A stretch of DNA of 42,757 nt from a virus (Duplodnaviria; Caudoviricetes). Location: positions 1 through 42,757 of the IMG/VR virus record IMGVR_UViG_3300032024_000093, one strand, 5' to 3'. The notes under the pieces are model-generated. The model saw only the letters and a list, made by a program, of their open reading frames with translations, was not told where the DNA came from and did no database searches. This document shows, in pieces, positions 35,945 through 42,757 of the stretch (position 1 is the stretch's first letter; every line of letters starts with the position of its first letter). The position numbers and the translations under genes are program-made.

Positions 35945-38225
35945 AGTAATCCACACCTCGAATCTATTTGACTCAGTTATTGTCAAATACGAAACTCCTC
36001 AAAAAGAAGTAAAGTCTATGATATTTGAAATAGACTGGTACTTCGCAGTGTGGAGAAAAGACGTGGATAAAGCTGTCTCCTTAATGTCTCAACATGGACA
36101 TGCTGGTAGTGTTGAATTAGATGATAAGTTTCCAGAGTATGCAAAGATCCACTTCAACCCTAAAGATACGAATAGTAGATACGTCCCGGTTTCCCTACTT
36201 GAAGAAAATGGTATAGAAACATTCGAAGGAGATCTAATGCCTGATCGTAGGTGGTACATTGACAAAGAGGTAGAGATCTGTGAAAACTATAGAAAGTTAT
36301 ACTTCGACATAGAAACAGATGATTCGTTAGAGAAGATTGAGATTGGTAGAGATCGAATCTTAAGTTATGCAGCAATAGATGATAAGGGTAAAACATACTT
36401 TGAATCTATAGAAGAACTCAATGATGATGCAGAAAAAAGATTGTTATTAAAGTTTCTTAGACTAATATCAAAATATGACATCTTACTCGGATGGAATTCC
36501 AGAGGATTCGACGTGCCGTACCTCAAAGCAAGAATGCGAAAGTACGAACTACACAAAACGAAGTACTACGTATGGAAAGAAGTGGCTCATTTCGACTTAT
36601 GTGCAAGGTTCAGACACATCTTTAGGTTCGACTCTCACATACGCACCTTTGCTCTGGAATTCGTATCCCAACATTTCCTTGGGAGAGGAAAAATACCCCA
36701 CACTGAAAAGATCATTGATCTCTGGACTAATAACAGAGATAAACTCAGGGAATATAACATTGAGGACTCTCTTCTAGTCAAAGACTTAGATGAAAAGCTA
36801 GGTGTCAGTGCTATGATGATTAGACAATCTCAGTGGTGCGGAGTTCCGGTTGGTCAGTTTGGCCTGTATTCTATTATTGATGCTCACATCATGAGGACAG
36901 CTCATCAGCTAGGTAAGTTCTGTAAAACATCTCTAAGAGCAATCAATGAAAGAAACACAACAAACCAAAGAGGTAATGTTAACCCAGATCAAACAGATAC
37001 AACCAAAGCTAAGTACTCTGGAGCAATAGTATTAGATCCAGCAATAGGAATGTATAAGAACGTTCAAACCTTCGATTTTAAGGGTCTATATCCAAGCATG
37101 ATGAGAACCTCAAATATCGGATATGACTCTATCAGATACGTACATTCTAATGAACTGATGCGTAATCCAGGTACTGCTGAAATACCCAGAAAAGCTGGAG
37201 GTTGGAAGCCCACTTACTTCACTAAAGAAAAATCAGTCATCAATGTTGCTATATCTAACCTCATCACTAAAAGAAAAGAATACAAGGAGCTTAAACTTAA
37301 GATGATAGAAGAAGGTACGAACAAAGGTCCGTACTGGGAAAGAGTAGTATCGGATGAAATCATAGTCAAAGAATTAGCAAACTCCACCTATGGAATCATG
37401 GGCCTTGAATACGGGAGGTATTTCTCTATTGACATTGCTGAATCTATTACTCTTTTTGGACAATGGTGTATTCTCTTTGCTAAGAAGTTTTTCGAAGACC
37501 AAGGGTTCCCTGTTATCTACGGTGATACCGATTCAGTCTTCGTGGTTGCGGGTAAAAAGAAATTCGATCCACATGAACAGCTTGATCTATTTCATATTGC
37601 ATTAAAAAAAGAACTTAAAGAAACTTGCAGTATAGATGAATGTTTCATTGAACTCGAGATAGACAAGAAGTACGAAACTCTAATTCTAATAGAAAAGAAA
37701 ACCTACGTAGGTCATGTAACTAACATTGAAGGTAAGAAGGCCAACGAGGTCTACGCAAGAGGCCTAGACTATATCAAAAAGAATACGTTTAGCTTCGCAG
37801 GAGAGAAACAGAAGGAACTAATTGAATATCTCTTACATAAAAATCCAACAAGAGATGAGATCAAGTCCTACCTACTAGAAATTAAAAAAGAGTTTGAACA
37901 GAAAGACTTTACGAAAGATGAGCTCATGATCACTCAGAAGGTAGGTAAATCACTAGAGGAGTATAAGGGTACTGCTCCGCTCCATGTAAGACTAGCACAG
38001 GCAGTAAAAGAAAAGACTGGACAGAATATGATTCACTCGGAAGTGGAGTATATTGTTACTGGGCAGCAAGGAAAGATGCAAGGTGTTCTAGCTGAGGAAT
38101 TCGATGGTAAGTTTGATAGAGACTACTACTGGGAAAATAAGACAAAACCCTTACTAGAAAGGGTGACTCGTGTTGTTTTTCCAGGGTATGATTTCTTTAG
38201 TTTACAAATGAGCTTATTTAACTAA
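35919..38225 (+). CDS. polB: Family B DNA polymerase with 3'-5' exonuclease
   Basis: ExoI FDIET, ExoII GWNSRGFD, ExoIII YNIED; motif A DFKGLYPS, motif B KELANSTYG, motif C YGDTDS. Confidence 0.95.
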   Translation: MNSQLIKNKVIHTSNLFDSVIVKYETPQKEVKSMIFEIDWYFAVWRKDVDKAVSLMSQHGHAGSVELDDKFPEYAKIHFNPKDTNSRYVPVSLLEENGIETFEGDLMPDRRWYIDKEVEICENYRKLYFDIETDDSLEKIEIGRDRILSYAAIDDKGKTYFESIEELNDDAEKRLLLKFLRLISKYDILLGWNSRGFDVPYLKARMRKYELHKTKYYVWKEVAHFDLCARFRHIFRFDSHIRTFALEFVSQHFLGRGKIPHTEKIIDLWTNNRDKLREYNIEDSLLVKDLDEKLGVSAMMIRQSQWCGVPVGQFGLYSIIDAHIMRTAHQLGKFCKTSLRAINERNTTNQRGNVNPDQTDTTKAKYSGAIVLDPAIGMYKNVQTFDFKGLYPSMMRTSNIGYDSIRYVHSNELMRNPGTAEIPRKAGGWKPTYFTKEKSVINVAISNLITKRKEYKELKLKMIEEGTNKGPYWERVVSDEIIVKELANSTYGIMGLEYGRYFSIDIAESITLFGQWCILFAKKFFEDQGFPVIYGDTDSVFVVAGKKKFDPHEQLDLFHIALKKELKETCSIDECFIELEIDKKYETLILIEKKTYVGHVTNIEGKKANEVYARGLDYIKKNTFSFAGEKQKELIEYLLHKNPTRDEIKSYLLEIKKEFEQKDFTKDELMITQKVGKSLEEYKGTAPLHVRLAQAVKEKTGQNMIHSEVEYIVTGQQGKMQGVLAEEFDGKFDRDYYWENKTKPLLERVTRVVFPGYDFFSLQMSLFN

Positions 38226-38226
38226 T

Positions 38227-38469
38227 ATGAAAAAGAAGCATTGTTATAGTTGCAAAGCAACAACCCACTTAATGGTACATTCTGTAAAGTATCGAGTGTG
38301 CCGTAAGTGTAATAGAGAACGAATGAACAAATACTATCATTCACTGAAGGGGGATAAGAAAAAGAAATATATTGAGATGGCAAATAGGTGGAATAAAACT
38401 GAAGAGGGAAAGAAGTACATAAAGAAATATCAGAAAACTTACAAAAAGAAAAATGCATCTAAGAAATAG
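38227..38469 (+). CDS. Small basic Zn-finger protein
   Basis: CYSC..CRKC, K-rich. Confidence 0.6.
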   Translation: MKKKHCYSCKATTHLMVHSVKYRVCRKCNRERMNKYYHSLKGDKKKKYIEMANRWNKTEEGKKYIKKYQKTYKKKNASKK

Positions 38470-38920
38470 TTTTCCGGATTATAGCTGGGCGAAATTCATG
38501 GATGCATGGAAATGCTGGTATTGTGAGATGAATACGGCAGATTGCTTACACCATATCATGGGAAGGGGTAGTGGTGATAGCAAAGTAGAAAGTTCTATAT
38601 TCAATGCCGCACCTCTATGTAACCACAAATGCCACCTCCCAAACCATGGTAAAATAAGAACAAATGAATATAGTAAAATCTTCCTCCAAAAAACATTTGA
38701 TTACCTCATTAACATCGAATATGAGCTCGAAGAAATTGATAGAGGCTTCATTAAAAAGTATGAAACGTTCTATAGGAGAGATCAGCTTACCCGTGCCAGA
38801 AAAAGTATCAACGAACAAGATCTACAGGGGGATGCACTGGACAACAAGAAACCAATTGAAAGATCTATACCACTTAAGTCTACTACCATTCCGAAACCAC
38901 GTAAAGTTAGAAGAAAGTGA
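38453..38920 (+). CDS. HNH-type nuclease (NinG/Ref-like)
   Basis: CWYC..LHHIMGR..NAAPLCNHKCH. Confidence 0.65.
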   Translation: MHLRNSFPDYSWAKFMDAWKCWYCEMNTADCLHHIMGRGSGDSKVESSIFNAAPLCNHKCHLPNHGKIRTNEYSKIFLQKTFDYLINIEYELEEIDRGFIKKYETFYRRDQLTRARKSINEQDLQGDALDNKKPIERSIPLKSTTIPKPRKVRRK

Positions 38921-39134
38921 TTTTCCTATCAGCATCGAATATACTTTCTACTGGAAGAAGAATGCATTAGACTCTACCAACCAAACCTTGATGATCAAAA
39001 TGTTGGAAGATGGGTTAATTCATATAGGAATCCTCCCAGACGATACGCCTAGTTACGTTTCTGCGACGACCTCGGAATCCGTACTTGATAAGTCAATCAA
39101 AGAAGATACAGTCATAATACGATTTTATAAATAA
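38760..39134 (+). CDS. RusA-like Holliday junction resolvase
   Basis: STNKIY..HW, LDSTN..KMLEDGL..GILPDD; likely start at ATG 38760. Confidence 0.75.
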   Translation: MKRSIGEISLPVPEKVSTNKIYRGMHWTTRNQLKDLYHLSLLPFRNHVKLEESDFPISIEYTFYWKKNALDSTNQTLMIKMLEDGLIHIGILPDDTPSYVSATTSESVLDKSIKEDTVIIRFYK

Positions 39135-39160
39135 AAAGAAGCTACCGAAGTAGCTCCTTT
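39134..39160. terminator. Probable bidirectional intrinsic terminator between the converging arms
   Basis: AAAAGAAGCTAC-CGAA-GTAGCTCCTTT hairpin with flanking A and T tracts. Confidence 0.7.
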
Positions 39161-39315
39161 CTTAGAGGTGGTCGAGGAGGTCATGATGGAGTAAGCCCCT
39201 TCATGTAAACTGTGTGAGCGTTTCCTAGTCATGCCTCCCCGTTAAGAACTGATTGTGTACCTGGTTCCGCTATCCATCGACCGGTGAATAGCGGAGCAAG
39301 ATAAGCAAAGTCTTC

Positions 39316-39501
39316 TTACTTAATCATCCCTGCTTCTGCTGCTTTAACTTTAAGAAAGTTAACAACGAGAATTAAGAAGCCTCCAAGTGTAAGTTCTAAC
39401 AACTCGTTGGGTAGAGATAGTGCTACTAGTGGAATTGCAAAGATAACAGCACTAATAAAACTTTTCAGAAGACCTTTCCAAAATGAATACTTTAATGTCA
39501 T
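39316..39501 (-). CDS. Holin-like two-TM membrane protein
   Basis: Two hydrophobic helices directly after the endolysin; likely start MTLKYSF. Confidence 0.6.
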   Translation of the reverse strand: MTLKYSFWKGLLKSFISAVIFAIPLVALSLPNELLELTLGGFLILVVNFLKVKAAEAGMIK

Positions 39502-39511
39502 GTTTTTTAAT

Positions 39512-40105
39512 TTAACTTTTAAACATACTACCAATCTTCCCTGATATAATATTAAGGAAGTGTTGGATCGGTGGAAGATCTTTTACGACCCCAGTATCTG
39601 TCTCAGACACATACCACTTCGTAAAATCAAATATCTCCCGAGGATCCACCAATACGTCATTTACATAAGACATTAGATGAAGGTGTGCTCCATTATGAAC
39701 TGCTGCAAATGTTGGTGCTGGTGTAACAAGACCGGAGTTGCCAATGAAGCCAAGAGTGTCTCTTTCTAGATACTCCTCCTGGTAATTGCACTCCGAGCAA
39801 TGCCAAACCACAGTACTTATTTTACCTCTTTCATCAGTAAATTGTATCTTGACCCCATTACCTTTGGTGGTAAGAGGGCTTTCAAACCATACCTTATTGA
39901 CCAAAGCTTTTGGGAATGGGTTGACAAGTTTTGTACCGTAAGTTGCGACAGATCCACCGCTGATGACGATGTCTGTTCCGTTATGAGAATCTACGTTGAC
40001 TCCGTTAGCCTTATACCAAGCAACGTTTTTAGTTTCTCCAAACTCCTGGGTGACTATTGGTATACGACCCCTAACTATTTCAATTGGTAGTGGATATTTC
40101 TTCAT
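39512..40105 (-). CDS. M23 family peptidase (endolysin)
   Basis: HNGTD, GNGV, WH, GFIGNSG, GAHLH motifs. Confidence 0.85.
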   Translation of the reverse strand: MKKYPLPIEIVRGRIPIVTQEFGETKNVAWYKANGVNVDSHNGTDIVISGGSVATYGTKLVNPFPKALVNKVWFESPLTTKGNGVKIQFTDERGKISTVVWHCSECNYQEEYLERDTLGFIGNSGLVTPAPTFAAVHNGAHLHLMSYVNDVLVDPREIFDFTKWYVSETDTGVVKDLPPIQHFLNIISGKIGSMFKS

Positions 40106-40365
40106 GATATTATTTTTACTTTAATAAAGTCCCAAACGAAGTAAGCAACGGATCCTATAGTACTTGCAATCAGTGCAGCCTTTGCTTTTATACCGCCAAT
40201 CTCATCTTCCGTCTTTCTTATTCTACCATTCTGGGTAGAAAGATGGGTTTCGATACCTTTTACAGAAGAAGAGAGACTCTTTAGATTTTCGTGGATTCCA
40301 CCTAGTTCTCTTGATATTTGGATATGAAAGTCTTGTTCAGTCATAGGTATGGTATAATTAGTCAT
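40102..40365 (-). CDS. Holin-like coiled-coil plus TM protein
   Basis: HL..QNGRI.K.E followed by a C-terminal TM; upstream of the endolysin. Confidence 0.55.
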   Translation of the reverse strand: MTNYTIPMTEQDFHIQISRELGGIHENLKSLSSSVKGIETHLSTQNGRIRKTEDEIGGIKAKAALIASTIGSVAYFVWDFIKVKIIS

Positions 40366-40367
40366 AC

Positions 40368-40520
40368 ATGGTTTGGAACCGCAAAAACATACTTCTGTTT
40401 CTGGTATTCATTACTTTCTGCATGATACTCCAAATGGGAGTGCAGGAGACCGCCTCTTGGCTCTTCATTATTTTCTTTATGTATTACGTTTATCATAATT
40501 GGGTTAGTAGGTGGAAGTAG
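40368..40520 (+). CDS. Counter-oriented 50-aa membrane protein with its own promoter
   Basis: Not in the track: MVWNRKNILLFLVFITFCMILQMGVQETASWLFIIFFMYYVYHNWVSRWK; TGgTATAAT at 40350-40358. Confidence 0.6.
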   Translation: MVWNRKNILLFLVFITFCMILQMGVQETASWLFIIFFMYYVYHNWVSRWK

Positions 40521-42450
40521 CCTCCTTGTTAGCAAAAGAAGATATTAAACCCCCTTTCGGTCCTGCAATATCTCCCCCAACAAGTCTTAGAGTATTGACT
40601 ATTGGTTTAGCACCTGTACCTAAATAGCCAGCTTGTCTAAGAATAGGAACGGCCATTGATGGTGACGTGAGTATTTCTGCCACCAAAGCTCCCATGATAC
40701 CAGAATGTGCATAACCAAGTCCAGCAGCAGTAAGTCTTCCGTAGGCACCCACTTTGACACCGGAAGCTCTTTCAATATCTTCTACTGCTTTAAGTATTTC
40801 AATCCTCTTAGTAACTCCAGGTAGTACATCTTCCAGTCTCTTTAGGAGCTCTGCTTTGTTTGTTGCATTCATAATCTTAGAAGGAGATCCATCTTTAAAC
40901 GTGCCATCTTTATTGAAATAGTCCTTTCTTACGTTATCAAGAAATGCTCTTTCTGGTGCATAGAGCTCATCAAGAACTTTTAATTCTTCAAATTGAATAT
41001 CTCTAATCTGAGAATTTGCCCTGTCTCTTATCTGCCTACTTATTTTAGCAGATGCTTCAGTTTTTCCCATGCCAGTAAGCTTGTCATACTTAGAAAGATC
41101 AGAAAGATCCTTTCTCATGTTGAAGAACTCCTTAGCAGTGAGATCCTTTTTCTTACCCCATGTATCATAAAATCTCTGAAGAGCTCTTATATCAGAAGGG
41201 TTCCTAGTAACAGAAGTCGTGTCTGCTTTGATTTTACCCTTGACTATCTTTAGACCACTGTCAGCAAGGACACTCTTAATAAGATCAGGTGGTACTTTTG
41301 CTGACTGAGTAGAGTTCTTAAATGCTTCGTAGCCAGTACCTGTCTCACTAAGATCCTTCATTCTAGCATCAATAGCAACCTTAACTTCCTTTGAAAGATT
41401 ACCCCGGCTAACTGCTTCTCTTTTTAATCTAGAAAATTCAGCAGGGTTTGAAATTATCTGTCTTATTGTAGCAGCATCCATTCCAGTAAGGTGGGAGATC
41501 GTAGAGACTCCAACCTTTCCTCCCATTTCACCAACCTTACTTGCCACTGCTTCCACTGGTTTGACAATGGGTTTAGCCACTGTTTCTACAGCTTTACCGA
41601 ACTGTGCACTCTTACCAGCAGCACCTGCGGCTCCTGCTCCAGCTAAAACAACCGGTGCAGTTTGACCAAATGGATCTTCAGTCATTTGTTTGGAAGCTCC
41701 TGACAAATCACCCTTTGCAAGTTTCTGAACAGATTCAGGAATGATTGCTTTTGCAGTTTCTCCTGGTAGAGACGTGATAGCCTTTCCTACTGCTGCAGCA
41801 CCACTACCTTCATTTGCTGCTTTAGCCTCTCTATAAGCTTCTGGTATTTGTGCAATATTCTTAGCAGCATTAACTGGATTTATAAGTGAGATGAGACCCT
41901 TACCAAAGTTAACAGCAGAAGGGATAACATTACCAGCAGCTTTTAGACCAGCTTCTAGCCCGGAATCTCCTGGTGATGCTTTGAACCAAGGCTTGTAGCC
42001 ACCTTCTTGCTCTGCGGCAAGTTCTGGAGAAGGTGCAGTTTCTTTAGGAGCTGCTTTAGAAGCCTCTCTATAGTATTGACTGACCTTAGCAACGTATGCT
42101 GGTACGTCATAAGCTACGCCCTGTTGATTGGTTCCTTGCAAGCCATTCCTATATGCCTCAGGATTACCACTGTTCCACAGAGATGCAATCTGAGCAGGAT
42201 TATATCCTTGATCTTTCCAACCTTTGATTTGATTATATGCAACCTTATTTTGGTTCTCCACACTCATCTCTGCATTAGGATTACCTAGATGTTGTCCAGC
42301 CCACTGCTTCCAAGTATTGGGCATGAACTGATAACCACCTGATTCACCACTTGCACCCTTTGCTTGGTATGGGTTTGTCGACGTTCCAGTCTCAGCTCGC
42401 CTGATTGATTTTGCTAGATTTAATACTTGAGTATCGAGTTGATCTTGCAT
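40504..42450 (-). CDS. Internal virion/ejection protein with N-terminal lytic transglycosylase (lysozyme-like) domain
   Basis: IRRAETG, GGYQFMPNTW, WNSG, YVAKV; long helical A/G/K-rich body; likely start MQDQLD at 42450. Confidence 0.8.
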   Translation of the reverse strand: MQDQLDTQVLNLAKSIRRAETGTSTNPYQAKGASGESGGYQFMPNTWKQWAGQHLGNPNAEMSVENQNKVAYNQIKGWKDQGYNPAQIASLWNSGNPEAYRNGLQGTNQQGVAYDVPAYVAKVSQYYREASKAAPKETAPSPELAAEQEGGYKPWFKASPGDSGLEAGLKAAGNVIPSAVNFGKGLISLINPVNAAKNIAQIPEAYREAKAANEGSGAAAVGKAITSLPGETAKAIIPESVQKLAKGDLSGASKQMTEDPFGQTAPVVLAGAGAAGAAGKSAQFGKAVETVAKPIVKPVEAVASKVGEMGGKVGVSTISHLTGMDAATIRQIISNPAEFSRLKREAVSRGNLSKEVKVAIDARMKDLSETGTGYEAFKNSTQSAKVPPDLIKSVLADSGLKIVKGKIKADTTSVTRNPSDIRALQRFYDTWGKKKDLTAKEFFNMRKDLSDLSKYDKLTGMGKTEASAKISRQIRDRANSQIRDIQFEELKVLDELYAPERAFLDNVRKDYFNKDGTFKDGSPSKIMNATNKAELLKRLEDVLPGVTKRIEILKAVEDIERASGVKVGAYGRLTAAGLGYAHSGIMGALVAEILTSPSMAVPILRQAGYLGTGAKPIVNTLRLVGGDIAGPKGGLISSFANKEATSTY

Positions 42451-42454
42451 GTTT

Positions 42455-42757
42455 TTACCATTCTTCTGCAAATACGTTATTACCACTTACTTGCCCACCT
42501 GTTGAGCCAAGTGGTTGAGCAGTAGTAAATGCATCTACTCTTTGTTGAATGTACTCTTTAGCAGCTGCAATCTTTTGTGGAATTTCACCAGGAGTCATGT
42601 TATCAGGAAGCAAACTGTTTGATGTTGCATTTGCTGATTCAACACCGATAAGAGGTGCAAGTACTGTGTTAATCTGTGCTCTAGCTTCTTTAAGAGCTCC
42701 TTGATAGGCAGATACTGATTCACGTCCAAGACCTGTTGCCATCGCAACATTTTGAGT
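42455..42757 (-). CDS. 3' part of the junction-spanning ejection protein that starts at 1277
   Basis: In frame with 96..1277 through the 54-bp overlap. Confidence 0.8.
   Translation of the reverse strand, partial: TQNVAMATGLGRESVSAYQGALKEARAQINTVLAPLIGVESANATSNSLLPDNMTPGEIPQKIAAAKEYIQQRVDAFTTAQPLGSTGGQVSGNNVFAEEW
42704..42757 (+). repeat. 54-bp exact direct repeat, copy 2
   Basis: Identical to 96-149. Confidence 0.95.

Larger units (their letters stand above)
96..42703. mobile_element. Complete circularly permuted tailed bacteriophage genome (podovirus-like), about 42,608 bp
   Basis: Terminase, portal, scaffold, capsid, nozzle, ejection and lysis genes plus PolB; terminal 54-bp overlap; no tape measure, sheath or integrase seen. 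Confidence 0.93.

Noticed and set aside
38664-38759. N-terminal extension of the RusA-like ORF
   Set aside because: Overlaps the HNH core in another frame; the internal ATG at 38760 gives a typical RusA size
39125-39240. Short minus-strand ORF with GGGGAGG upstream
   Set aside because: SD only 1 nt from the ATG, and the ORF runs through the terminator hairpin
96-42703. Alternative genetic code (stop reassignment)
   Set aside because: Conserved genes are full length in the standard code, and TAA, TAG and TGA all end tightly packed genes

Overview
The window is essentially one complete, circularly assembled dsDNA tailed-phage genome of about 42.6 kb (96..42703). A 54-bp exact terminal overlap (96-149 = 42704-42757) closes the circle, and bases 1-95 are a GC-rich foreign tip. 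The minus strand carries a podovirus-like morphogenesis arm: GroES/GroEL, TerS, TerL, portal, scaffold, major capsid, two mini-collagens, a cement-like protein, a collagen fibre, a six-gene glycosylation cassette, nozzle, adaptor, ejection proteins and lysis genes. The plus strand (25.4-39.1 kb) carries early, recombination and replication genes. These include a nucleotide/sugar-metabolism cluster next to a family B DNA polymerase: MazG/dUTPase-like-UDG fusion, dNMP kinase, UDP-galactopyranose-mutase-like flavoprotein, SDR epimerase, divergent ThyX, truncated ThyA-fold protein with a dCMP-type Asp, and MT-A70. The best candidates for undescribed systems are (1) a pre-replicative sugar-linked pyrimidine modification pathway, (2) a self-contained virion glycosylation system aimed at Thr-rich collagen fibres, and (3) tandem long-range RNA stems enclosing an ORF and a putative ncRNA in the early control region. 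Peptidoglycan hydrolases and sigma70-like promoters indicate a bacterial host. Leaderless, SD-poor gene starts hint at a Patescibacteria-like host (inference). All calls come from reading motifs by eye; no searches were run.
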